Positions 23,158 through 35,498 of a stretch of 38,395 nucleotides of DNA are shown in pieces. The DNA is from Perkinsus chesapeaki ATCC PRA-425 (lineage: Eukaryota > Protista > Perkinsozoa): positions 1 to 38,395 of the forward strand of contig JAAPAO010000335.1 of assembly GCA_013115145.1 (NCBI GenBank), given 5' to 3'. Below the pieces are notes generated by a model. That model searched no databases. It was not told the origin of the DNA and worked only from the letters and a program-made list of their open reading frames with translations. Position numbers and translations under genes: made by a program. Each line of letters begins with the position of its first letter. Within the stretch, counting starts at the first letter, position 1.

Positions 23158-26100
23158 TCACTTCTTTTTCTTGGCACCACCCTTATCCCCACCAGAGGCT
23201 TCCATCGCCTTCGTCTAAAGCGTATCATACTAAACTCACCCTCTTAAGCTGCTCACCTCTTCTTGCATTTGCAGATTCCGTGCCTTATCGCCGGAGGCCT
23301 CGTAATCGAACTCCTGGAACTTCTTGTACTCTTCCTTCCAAGAGCATTCACATCGGGACAAAGGCTCGATAAATTCATGCAACGTCTGAAATTGAAATGC
23401 CGCCCTCCTGGCATGGCCGGAAGTGCCCACCAGAGGCCTGTGCTTCAGCCTGGCGATTCTGCGGCTGGTCAATACCTATTTCGAGAATGCATATCGAAAT
23501 GAAGGCTTCACGAATTCTGCGCACTCGTTCCACAGTCTGTCGTATAGCTCTGGTGGTATACCCTTCACTCAAATGGGCCAGGCTTGTAAGATTGAGATCA
23601 CTACTGGTTGCGATGTGCGGTGGGACCTGCTATCCGCAATGTTATCTCGTCTGCGTCGCTCCGCTCACTTACCCCTTTACTCTCCATAAAACTTCTCCAT
23701 AGTATAACTCTCGTGCCGAAGTCTGGAGTAGGCACCCAGACCTTCTCATCGAAAGCCGCCAGCAGTTCCTTTGTATCCACCCCCTCACCAGAAGGATTTG
23801 ATGTGCCTGGAGAAGCAGCACCTTGACCAGCGTTCGGAGGCCATCGGCTTGCATCCTATGAACAGTATCCTATCCTGGTCGGTGCTTTCAGGCCCGGTTT
23901 TCAGCTGCTTTATCGCCGCAATGAAATCTTTCTTTATTCTGCTCGGTGGGTCGCCTGAGTTTAATTGACTCCTCACTTTCCCTTATCAGCTTTCCTTACT
24001 TGCCGGTTCTTCCCCTGCCGGAGCTCCTTCGGTCGCAGGAGCTGCTTTGCCCTTTTTCTTGCCTTTCTTCACAGCTTGGAATACCTACCGATACCATCAA
24101 CACTTAACTTCGTAAACCTCGCAACATATCCTTAAGAATGCCTCCGAGTGAGACTTCGAAAGCTAAGCTGCAAACAACCATTCCGAGAGTGAAAGTGAGG
24201 TTCGGAAGATTTGGTATTAGTCCTATAGAACTGGTTACAACGGCATCAGGCAAATGTACGAATACACTGAACACACTAACACCTTTATAATACGAGTCTC
24301 ACCTGGTCAATATCATCACAGTAAATAGCAGCTGGTGCGTTATCCTGGGCTGCAAGGAAGGCCTTGTAGATGAGAAGAGCCGCACCGATCTTTGGCTGCA
24401 ACGCGGAGACCATGGTGAACACTATCTAGTATGTGTCTGTTTTGTACTGTCCCTACTTGTGTGTATTTCCCTTCTATAATTTTTGGTGATATGTCTATGA
24501 ACGTCGCGCCAACTTCAGTAGCTATGATTCGAGCCAGAAGGGACTTCCCACACCCTTTAGGGCCAAACCTGAAAGATGCTCACTGAACTCCCGCGCGCCA
24601 CAGAAACACCGGTTCTGGAAAATCATGCATCTCAGCCGTCAGCACAAATCGGCGCTCGAAGGTAGCACTTACAGTAGGAGAGATTTCGCTGTTAAGCTGC
24701 TGCACCGTTGGCGTATCGATGTCGATGCCAATGGCAGGCACACATGCTCCACGATCATGGACTTTATCTAAACCAATGCTCCACCGACTGAGGAAGGTGT
24801 TATCATCCGACCATCTGGGCACTTGGTGGGGGACACATCGGCTCGCTGACTCTCTGCAGCGCCCCGAGGAATGCAAACTCTCCCAGAAAGTCTTTCAAGT
24901 GTGCCGGTTTAATGCATTTAATGATGCCCTGAGAACAGGAGCTTCGAGATTCCTCGCGTAACAGAATCTAGTTACATCCTGGACCAGCTCAGGGAGACAG
25001 TCTTCCCTGTGTGCTACCATACCCACCGCAGCACACCACTTCTTCGCTTTGCTTTTCTTCTCCTTCTTTCCTAAACAGAACAGATGAAAACTCACCCGGC
25101 TTGTCACGAGTGTGTTGCGCACCTTTGCCTTTCTTCCCTTTTTTCTCTTTCTTCTTCTTAGCCTTCTCGTACATATTCTAAACTCCACTTCATTAAATCA
25201 ACTGTCACTCCGCCGCCGCACCTTCAAATTGGCCAGCTCCCCTCTCATAAGTTCATCAACATTATCCTGTATCTCTTTCTCCACCAGTGGGAACACCTTC
25301 GACCGAGTGAGCTGAATTAGACCCAACATCGGCAAGGACTTCTCATCAGTTTTATTTTCACATTCACGTCGTGACGTTGGTGCATATTGCTAGATTCATC
25401 TCTCGTCTCCCAGCTTGAACTATACTCCTTCATTAGCTCTACGAGCTTCTGGACCACCTGCCAAAGATAACAGGCCTACAGCCTGCCCAGTATGATCGTT
25501 GCTGTGAGCTCACCTCGGAGGTGCCGATGTCGTGGGTCTTTACAGGCTCCGGCTCGGCTGCTCCTTTATCACCCTTCTTGTTGCCACCCTAACGGAGCCG
25601 CAAGATTGTTCTTCCAGAAAATTGGGTCATAAACTATCATCACTGCACGTGTGCGTGGGATCTCTTTCATGTACACCGAGATACTTTCATATATATGTAT
25701 ATATAGTGTATACTGTTCTCGTTCTACTAACCGAAATCTTTGCCCGCCCCTACCGTTATTCTATAGATGTTGCGTGTTGTACTCGTGTGGGAACGGTAAG
25801 TTCGATTATCTACTACTACTGCTAGCATTCGGGGAGATGACTCGGGTAAGCTGTCGATGAACTAGGCTTAATAACGAAGTCACTTGGTTAGGGGAGCTGT
25901 GCTATTCCACGTCATTCTTCACAGCTGATATTCATCTTCAAAATATAACACGTTACCTTCTTTCCGGCGGCATCCTTCTTATCATTCTTCCCCTTCTTCC
26001 CACCACCAGCCGCTGGAGCCTCCTCCGCCGCCTAGAACAAGTCTGTAGCACTAAACCTGTTATTAACATATACCTCTGCCGGTTGGTCGAATCTTGTGTA

Positions 26101-28292
26101 AAACGCATCGAATTCTGCCGGGAAAGCTCCTGTTTGTTTGCGAACTTCCAACATCCACTGTCTTCGCTCTTCCAGCATTTCGCTTCGAATGTCTTCACCC
26201 TACAGCCGACCTCCTCCTCAGAATTACCTAAGGCCCTTCACCTTAGCGCTCCTAGTCCATGCCAGCTCATCTTTCAATGCTCTATCGTAGTCATTATCAG
26301 CTTCAAGCTGCTGTTGTCTTCTTTGGCGCCTAACTTCCTCAGCTAGCGCCACCTATGGTTAACTGCACGATCATCACGAGGCACAGAGGACCTTACACTA
26401 TCGACAGCTGGCTGGTCATTCGGAGGAGCCATTCCCAGGAAGACGTATTCATCTTGCTTCATTCTTTGGAAGTGCTGACAACATGACACCAGTGCCCATC
26501 TGGATTAGGAAAGCTCTTGAAATTTTGCAGGGCAAACGTGGACAGAAGTGAGAGGGCCCCTTCAGCGTCATTGAGTTCGACTAGGCAGAACGATCTGAAG
26601 CATGAAGATATTGGGAGAAAGGATAGATCAAAGGAGATGCTGTTACGATAACATGTTTGTCTTTGATACTACGAATAAAGTTGCCTATATCATTCTAGAG
26701 TCATTTGGGGTTTTAAAGCTAACTAATCGCGCAAGGGCAGATATACTTTTGGAATCGACTTACTCTCATAGCAACTTTCCTTTTCCATGACGCAGCGATT
26801 CTCGACGCCGCGGCCCTCTGCAAAGCCAGCAGCTCTTCCGACTAAACAGGTGATACTGTGACCACCGAGAACAGGTGGATCTTACGTCCTCCTCCAGTTC
26901 CTCTATATCCAGACCTTGAGCGAGCTTTTGCTCTTTCCTAAAGATACCCATCTCAATGCTCTCGCCAACTACTTCCTCTTGCCTTTGAGCCTCTCGTCGC
27001 CAAGTGGCAATCATAATAGCTTTCTGAATTCCTGCGCGCCCTCGTTCGTTTTTTTGAATCAGTCGTATCGCTTGGTCCAGTGTAAAAGGTATCTTAATCT
27101 TCTCGTATATGACGTTTGAGCTAATGTTCGTACATGAAACGGATCTGCGTGGCTGTCTAAATCATCAAGTGCTCGGCTAAGGTTGAAGGTCTTCTGCCAA
27201 TGCTGTATACGTTTGACGCGGATCTCGAGCCAGTCTGCTAAATGCTTGTCTGTCGTGAAGCACCTTGGGAAGCGCCATTCCAACACCGATGGACTCATCT
27301 TGAGGTCGGCCAAAACCTAGTGCGAAGCTCGGAGGGATTGGTGATCGCTGAGGTACCTCATCGAGCGGAATGAAACGATTCTTGTGACGTGGGTTAAAGA
27401 ATATAAGTTGTTCCTTTAACTCTAATACTCGTATTATTACGGACTCCATCACCTGATACCACACCCCTTGCAGTAATTTACATCACCAATGCAGCAGATT
27501 AGTAAGGTATCTACTAAACTAATCAGGTCAGCGGCTAATTGATGAATCGAGGACCAATGGAAAAGGTAGCGCTGAGAAATATACTGAAATCTGTAGGAGC
27601 ACGGAGATGTAAAGGGAGCAGCCTTCTCGAAGTGGGGTGCGACTTCTGGTAAGCCAGGTCTGGTATAATGAGCTGCATGTCCCGAATTCATACTTGCCGT
27701 ATAAATGTGCGTTTCTGAGGGTGAATCATTTGATCATAGACATCTTCAATGTTGGTGTATATATTGAGATACTTCACGTATAACAGAGCGACGGGCTGGA
27801 AGCCGACCTCGGGAGCCTGGCACCAAAAGCAGGATTCCTTATTATCATCATTGAGCCATCGTTGGGTCGCAGGATCAATCGATCAATCGAGCATGAATAC
27901 TACTGCTCTAAGATATATTTTTCGACAAGATCCAAAAAATAATGATATTCTGAGCTATCGCAGCTGCACGGAGACAAATGTGAAGAAGTTGGTAACCTAC
28001 TCGCGGAATTTATTTAACATTGTGGGACGAATGAGCCGACAGGAGCAGCGAAGCTACTGCAGAAATGTCGATATGAAGGCGAGTGACGTTTCACGGCCAA
28101 GCATCGTCTATATTAAGTTGTCAGTGACCACCGTTGTCTACTTTACCACAATTCCTCAAAGAGGAGTCACTCGGCTGTACTTACTGCAACACCCCCTTCG
28201 CGACCCTCTGCGGGTAAGTGCTCAATTTGTATTTGCTCTAAGAGCTCCGTCATGCAAGTAGCCCACCGATGTTGCCATGATTTGTTAGACAT
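23158..28292 (-). CDS. IQCA1: IQ and AAA domain protein 1 (IQCA1/DRC11), multi-exon
   Basis: MSNKSWQHRW, YVKYLNIYTNIEDVYDQMIHPQKRTFIRQ|VMESVIIRVLELK, VLADLKMSP, Walker A GPKGCGKS, Walker B-like AIYCDDIDQ, LAHLSEGYT, EFIEPLSRCE, KEEYKKF. Confidence 0.9.
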
Positions 28293-28522
28293 TCGTCAAT
28301 AGCTAGAGGTGTCAGAAACAGCGAAAACTAATTAATGCAAGGTTAGCAACCGGCAGGATGAAGAAAACTGACTATCAGGGGGAGCACAGGAATCTTACCA
28401 AATGATATTCAACTATTATAATATAACACAAAAAATCCTTCAAAGTAACAACTGATAGACATGCCTCACATGAACATCGAGCTAAACTGATGAATATAAA
28501 GGTGACATAATAATTAGTGCTT

Positions 28523-29470
28523 TCAGTCGTCCAGCTTAAAAAGATGATATTGCGATATGTGATTCTCCGGACCAGTGACGGCGAGGATGCCCGGGAATTC
28601 TTTGTCTTTGCAGAAACGAAACCCGATTCTGTGTCCATCTTTGACCACTTTGAAACAGCCGGTAATAGCGAAGTCCGAATCTCTCACAACGACAGCGTCG
28701 CGCAGAGTTACGATTGGGATGTTTTTAAACTTGCTGATAAATGTAGCGCTTTGTCGTCCGTCCGCTTGCGTTCCGATACTCAGCTCCACGGTCATGTCTT
28801 TATCAGGTATCGTACCGTAATACATACCATTATGAACAGAATCCTTGTCATTTCTATTTCCCAGAGATAGCCTTATCTTCTTCGTACGAGGAGGCCTTAT
28901 ATCTGAGTCCTGGCCTTCTTTGCTCATGTGACTTTCTCCCGCCTCAGAGCTTCTACTAGTAATCTCCGGTACGAATGTCACAGGAAGGCTTATGGATTGC
29001 GGAAGACCAGTATTGCCATGGAAATGCACCTTCATGTAGAGTACTAGCTTTACCTTTCCATCTTCATCACGAACTACTTCAATTAGAAACCTATAATTTT
29101 GGTCCTCTTCGTAATCTATACCACACTGCCTATACAATTCTTTAATCTTCTTGCCGACTCTTGCACGATTAAAAATATACCACTCACCATCCTTATGCAA
29201 AGAAGGTCTAATAGATTTCTGTTTTGTTAGCATGCCGCTAAGGAAAACAACGCCGTTGATTTCCAAGGTCCCAATTGCCTCGCCCTTGAGATTTACGATG
29301 GCAATACTCATTGACTTCAGGCAGTGTTGAAGCTCCGCAGGTATAATGGCCAGATATCTTCCTTCCGGGATACTTTTTTGAGGCGATTGTATCATGGCCG
29401 GAGCGGTTGCCGCATTACTAGACTGCATCGCTAGACTAGCCCATAGAGAGAAGCTTATGGAGCGTAGCAT
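28523..29470 (-). CDS. Intronless 315-aa predicted secreted protein, probably lineage-specific, with two modules joined by a charged linker
   Basis: Single long ORF with a signal-like N-terminus (MLRSISFSLWASLAMQSSNA). The modules begin PEGRY and HNGMYYG. The linker is SSEAGESHMSKEGQDSDIRPPRTKKIRL. Confidence 0.8.
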   Translation of the reverse strand: MLRSISFSLWASLAMQSSNAATAPAMIQSPQKSIPEGRYLAIIPAELQHCLKSMSIAIVNLKGEAIGTLEINGVVFLSGMLTKQKSIRPSLHKDGEWYIFNRARVGKKIKELYRQCGIDYEEDQNYRFLIEVVRDEDGKVKLVLYMKVHFHGNTGLPQSISLPVTFVPEITSRSSEAGESHMSKEGQDSDIRPPRTKKIRLSLGNRNDKDSVHNGMYYGTIPDKDMTVELSIGTQADGRQSATFISKFKNIPIVTLRDAVVVRDSDFAITGCFKVVKDGHRIGFRFCKDKEFPGILAVTGPENHISQYHLFKLDD

Positions 29471-29569
29471 TCAAATGATATGTTAATAACAGCAGCACTG
29501 AAATATGAGCAGTGTGGTTATTGATAATCGACATCAATAATCAATTATACGTTTCATAATAACAACGCT

Positions 29570-32500
29570 TGACAGTCTAACGGCTGCCTCAGGGATCTCT
29601 CCTGAAGAGTGCTGGTAAGACACAAGTACGTGATAACTTAATAATAACTTTACTTCCATTATTCACTAGCCTGTGCACATCCTGTCTCGAATGAGCCCTG
29701 TTTTTCGGCGAGCGAGAGTTATAATGTCGCTGTTACGTTCGCGCTCGTCACGGAGCAGTTCGAATTTGCGTTGTTCTTGTTGCTGCTGTTGATTATGACA
29801 ACTGCAATACCCTCGTGGATAAGCAATGGTGTTGCCAGGCAAGATAAACGAGGGTTGAATGATATTATTAAACTTAAGGACCCCAAAAGCACTTTAAGGA
29901 TCGTCGGTTCGCTGGGGATATTCTTACTCGCTGTTGGACAAGCTCATAGGACTGTGCTCAAGAGGAATCCTATCACGCTCAAGAAAAAGACCGATACAAA
30001 ACGGTAGACATAATAAATGAATATGTCATACCGTTCCCGCATACAGGCCCACTATATCGGAAGATGACACTAAGGAGGATGAGCTCCTTTTAAGCGAGAA
30101 AGTCGAGGGCAGTGGCTCTGGAGTTTTAAGTCGTATATTAGTAAGCATCACATTATAACATTGTTATTAAGCAGTAGGTCCCCAACTCAATGGCGCAACG
30201 CTTTAATGCATTAATACGTCTATTGAATGCCTCTTGGGATGGCACTGTGACTGATAAGGTAAGTATCTTTCCGTCCCCTACACAAATTGCACTTTATAGA
30301 TTATAACATACAGTATCCTTGTCGGTATATTGGGCACAGGCCTTGGGAAGGTGGTTGGTAGGTGTAGACGCTCACCAAAAGGGCATTCTAAAGTCAGGTC
30401 AACTTTATGTGTGGAAGCTAACATCTTTCATTGATGCTATAATACTGCGGAAGAGAGAGCCTCCCCTCTACAAGCTGCTCTCTTGTACTTCATCCTCGTT
30501 CTGAGCATTCCTAGCAGTAACCTGTTTCTAGATATGCTAGCTGCCGGTGTGCCTGTTGCAGCTCTGCAGTGCTCCAGCGCTTATCTGGCTTGCGAGTTCT
30601 CTAATAGGCTCAAGACAAAGCTTGTTAAAAGGTTAGATAAACACACAGAGAGTGATGACATATATATTGCATATTATTAGGCTACTTCATGATATATTAT
30701 TTTCGTCTCATAACCTCGATGAGCCAGTATCTATGATAGACAAAGATACCCTGGCATTGATAATGTCACATATTAACAAGGTGCTGCTGCTGCTGCCAGT
30801 ACCCAATCAACCCATCTCGCCTCAACTCCACAGGTCTCAACTACATTCGTTGAGCTCTATTGGAGTCGTACGATGAAAGCTGTTGATCTAGTTGTATATG
30901 CCGGAGCACTCATGGCTCAACACGGTACGCGTTTTTTTGTCAACTTGTGAACATTTCTCGAATCAGGTCCTTGGCCGGTCTTCGTTATGATGTTATATCT
31001 CTACACCACACTGAGGATAACCACGGGATTGCACAACTCCCGTCAAAACATGCTTTCTGTGATTGTCCTATTATTTGCAACGGACATCCTTGCTTTTGTA
31101 GGAGTCGAATCAACTAGAGTCGGCCGTCAATGAGGCCATCAATCGAGCGCTGAGACATCGAGACAGCATATCTGCGTGGCAGGGTCGAGGCTATCTCGAG
31201 TCCAAACAGATATCGTCACATTTGGTACCAATTTGGTGGACCCCAAGTTCACGTGACTTTCTTGATCAGGCACGATTACAGCGTTCCAAATCTGATCGTG
31301 CATGGTTTGATTTATTACTTGGTTTTATGTCAACATTGGGCAGCAAATACATAGGTAACCTTTAACGCATTCTCATCATCGTCATCATTAATTAATTTCT
31401 ATTGTTCAGGCTCAGCCCTCGGATTCTGGCTCACATCGTATCCTTATATAGCATCTCGTAATAGGAGATTTGCCCATATGTCAGCTCGTCCATCGGAGGT
31501 AGATGGCGAGATCATCGCGGGATCGATCATGCCATCCTTGTTAGGACTATTTCGGGATTATATCATACTTCTGGACAGCAAGGATAATGATGAACTTATG
31601 TGAGTTGCTAAATCTCTATTTTGCTTCGTTACTATCAAAATCGGTATTGAGCACCCTTCATTTAATACGTTTCTATTAACCTTCAGGTACGGCCTTCGTT
31701 CAGTTCATGGATGATAAGGCATCTCAAGAAGCAGGAGAAAAGCTCTTCACCAAGGTCAGCATTCTACTCCCCGTGATAGCCCTCCCAGCTTCACGATCTT
31801 TTCAGATTCAAAAACTTTATCAACTTCTAGTCGCCGCCCCCGACACTCTACCACGTCCACACAGAACATACAAAGTCAGAATGACAAATGTGAGCCTCAA
31901 AGGCGTCACTGTAAGCCCGGGAAGCATCACAGTTGTTGTTGTTGCCGTTATTGCTCTCGGTGGGCAGATTCAAAGCCCCTCTGGTCCTATACTGGTCCAA
32001 GCCTTAACGCTGGACTTGAACCCAGGTTCCTGTATCGCAGTGTCCGGTCCGAGTAAGTCATATTGTTATCAAACCCTTGGCATCTTTCTCACTTTTCAGG
32101 TGGCAGTGGCAAGTCTGCCTTGCTTAGAACGATCAATGGCACTTGGCCAATATGTAAGTTGCAGAATAGCCGCCGATAATAAATGCTGATATCCTTCAAC
32201 TGGCAGGCATCGGGGAGCTCGCTCGCCCTAAGCACGGCGTGGTCCTCGTTCCGCAAAAGCTGTACATGCTCAGGGAGTCCAGTGCCAAGCAGCAGATTGC
32301 GTAGGAGTATTACTGCGCCAGTTAGTTGCCGATGGTGTTGGTAGGTATCCCGAAGGCTCGCCAGAGAGTGCAGCAGATGAGGATAGAGTGGCCGAGGCTA
32401 TGAGGATATGTACGGACTTTTATCGGGAAATGTTTTAATGCACGCATTAGGTGAACTTGATATGTTATCTGGTCGCCACACACTGTCGGAGTCAGAGCAG

Positions 32501-32749
32501 GAGAGAGTAGTTCTGGCCAGGCTTCTCTACCACAAGCCGAGGTTCGCTCTGATTGACGACTGCCTGCGATGTAAGGCTAGTATGCCTTGTATAACATTCA
32601 TTATAGATTACTCTATTTGCTTCCATGACGCTGGTTTCTCTCGAGGACTTCGTAGCACCCTACTGCCGCTACTTACGGCGTGTAGAGGACAAGCATTATG
32701 GCTGAGTGATGTTAAAAATGATACACGGATACCGAATCCCAATACTTGA
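29570..32749 (+). CDS. ABCD-like (peroxisomal-type) half ABC transporter, multi-exon, with a degenerate NBD
   Basis: Hydrophobic exons at 29.7-31.6 kb; an EAA-like segment EAINRALRHRDSISAWQGRG; LDLNPGSCIAVSGPS|GSGKSALLRTINGTWP; VPQKLYM; QQIA|YP; LSESEQERVVLARLLYHKPRFALIDD. Both ends are approximate. Confidence 0.8.
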
Positions 32750-32759
32750 GGTCCCCAAT

Positions 32760-35470
32760 TAATACACCAAGATTGACGACAGTCTCGAACAGGCCGCCGT
32801 CGGCTAGTCTCCTCCACTAGGGTACATAGGTAGCTCTTTTCAAGAACGCCCCCTCTTAGAAAATTCGATACCATGTGTTCGTCTCCGGCAAAGTCACCAT
32901 TGGAGACTGGCGCGTCAAGACTGTTGTGTGCACATATGGCGGAACTCTCTAGAAGCTAGAGTCGCAACAAATGTTGTCAAGACTGACTGGTATGAGCTGA
33001 TTGTCTCGAGGGGCTTCAGAGGGGCATAGCGTATTCGTTGTTAGTGCAAGTCCCCGCTTCGTTTATACGATAAAGTCCAAATGCTCGAAGGGTTAACTCG
33101 TGGTTCAATCAGTGTAATTACCATTTCGAAGGTACCGATCCGAAGCTAGTAGGTGAAGTGGTATCGATACTCCGGCAGGACGGCTGTGGTATTGTAATAG
33201 CATCCTCTAGAGCTGCTAAGGTAGCTTGAAGGCAGCTGGCTCGTATGGTAGATATTTCGTTATTCAGTTGGATGCGTTATCAAAATACGTACCGTTCGAT
33301 GCTATTCTGTCCCTCGATAATAAGACAACACCACCCCGGCACACTTACACTGTGTGTAGTGCAGTCCCGGTGCCACTAGCAGATGCCAAGGCAAATACGT
33401 GATGATATTTAATTTATAATAATCATGGCGATGCAATAATGCCTTGTAACTTTTTTAATGTTATTTTTGGTGAATGCCGTGCCAACATTGTCGACAGCTT
33501 CTTGCCGCACAAGCGTGCGATCTCTTACTTATACTTGCGTTATGGAGTTGTATGGAGCAACGAGCAATATTATGCTACTTGAAGCAGCTAAGTGGGAAAA
33601 CGTGAATCTTCAAGGTGTAAGGTCGATGAAACTTCCAGCGAGCGATAACCGTCACAATCTATGCGCTAGTTTTGAGTGCACCTAAGTTCAAGTTGAAGGG
33701 TTCAAACCTGCGGTAGAGCATAACATGGACACTTTACGTAATTAACAAGCTACCCTCCCGTACTCCACAAGGAGGCCATGTTTAGTAATTAAGTCCACTA
33801 CAAGCTTAGAGTTATTTCACGCGTAAGTGTGTACTATCACCAATCGTCTTGTATCCTATATTTCACATGATACTCATTCTGAAGAGATACGCTGAAGTAT
33901 GTTGTTAGGATATGGCTAACTATTGGCAGGTCAGGAAGGATAGGTTTCGGAAATCAAACGCAAATGAACAAATGAAGTAACGGCCCACTATAGTAACCCA
34001 TAAGAAAGGTCAAGGAGGTATCAATATAGAGATCGGTGATGGAGGTCTCCATTGGAGACCATGTGAAGGTCGTGTCTGAAATAAGTTATTATCGTTGCTA
34101 ATGCGGTCCCTTGTCTGACGCATGTAAGGCTGCTAGTGCCACCAACTTCAGTTAGGAGGGGGGTCTCTTATCAGGAGCCACACAGCGTCATGAGGGACGT
34201 CTACCTCGAATACTACAAATCATATACTAGTGTCAGCCCAAGTCTTAGTTTGCCGCCGAATACCATTTCCGTGCAGGTTAATGAACCGCGAAGCTATCAG
34301 TAAACTGAGGAGCTTCAAAGGTAAGGTGCGAGGATACCCACTCTCAGCTCCCCATACTGACAAAGCATACTGGGACCGTCTAGAACTGCTGCGTACAGAA
34401 TGATATAGTCTACCATAAGCAAGCCATACACCTTGCTCCGCAAGTTGATGAGTGCGGTTCATCTGGCACGAGGACGTTAAGCGTTAATGCTTGCTACCAA
34501 TCAGCGGCTACAACTCCGAGTAGCATTTTTGCCCGATATTGACCTTGGTCATCAGCGAGCTCTCAGATTCGGATCTTCTATTCGTTCGCAACTTGACCAA
34601 AAGTTGGTGGTTCGTACTACTGTCTTCAAATACAGCCGCCTCAGAACAAAAACCCGGACGAGGTGTGCCATGAAACATCAAACATGGCAGAGGCAGTTGC
34701 CGGCCAAGACTAAATAGTCAATGTTCCATTCCACCAGTCAAGTAGCTATGTACGCGGTGCTGTCTGAGGAGGATGCGACTCGAGAATCCATCCCGGTCGG
34801 GTGATTACTACCTCGTTGTATCGTAGCCTTACTCTGACACCCGCACTGGTGACATCTTTTCAATGCTTTTGCTTTCTTATTTTCTTCTCAAGAATACCAA
34901 AATGCTAACAGTACGTCGGTAGGGCAGTCTCGCCGCGTCGCATCACGATTCCCGTTGGCAAAAACCCGGCTACCGCTGAATCACCGGGCCTGCCTCAAAG
35001 AATCCAGTAAACATCTCGAAGTGTATGATGCTACCACGTCGTTAGCTAACCACCTCACCCGTTGTCAGCTACGGTACTGATGGTCTATAGTAACTTATAG
35101 CACCGAGGGTCTTTAGAGTCATGTTGGTGAGATCTTTCGACGCGAAGCCTTAGAGCACGATGGACTTGTCTATCCTCTTATAATTGGCCGAAGCCTGACG
35201 TGAGCCAATCGTTGCTGCAATCACCTCCAGTTTGGGTAATGTGCAAGAACCGATTCAAAATACGTCTAACCGATAAAATGACAAACCAGAAACAAGCCTG
35301 AGGCTGAGACTCTCATCGTGCAGTTCGCGTGCGCGTCACCTCCCCGACATTTCAGCCCTCGCAATCCTTTCACTCGGTACTTTAAGTGGGGAGGCGGGCA
35401 ATCGACTTCGTAGACCACGAACGTATTCCATGAGCCAGATACCGGGATGCTTTCATAGGCCACCAGGGTT
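32760..35470 (-). other. Unresolved region of exon-like minus-strand segments (one or more hypothetical genes or relics)
   Basis: Short open segments bounded by AG/GT, for example LDAPVSNGDFAGDEHM|, DRTLVRQEAVDNVGTAFTKNNIKK|, ENKKSKALKRCHQCGCQ|. No consistent model or family could be built by eye. Confidence 0.3.
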
Positions 35471-35498
35471 CTCGAGTAGTTGCGTAAGCTTAAGCTGC

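Noticed and set aside
26340-26358. CTCF-like ccataggtggcgct on the minus strand
   Set aside because: Explained by a DRC11 splice acceptor plus the codons for VAL.
34044-34060. Perfect 17-nt palindrome ggtctcca-t-tggagacc
   Set aside because: Short, isolated and expected occasionally by chance.
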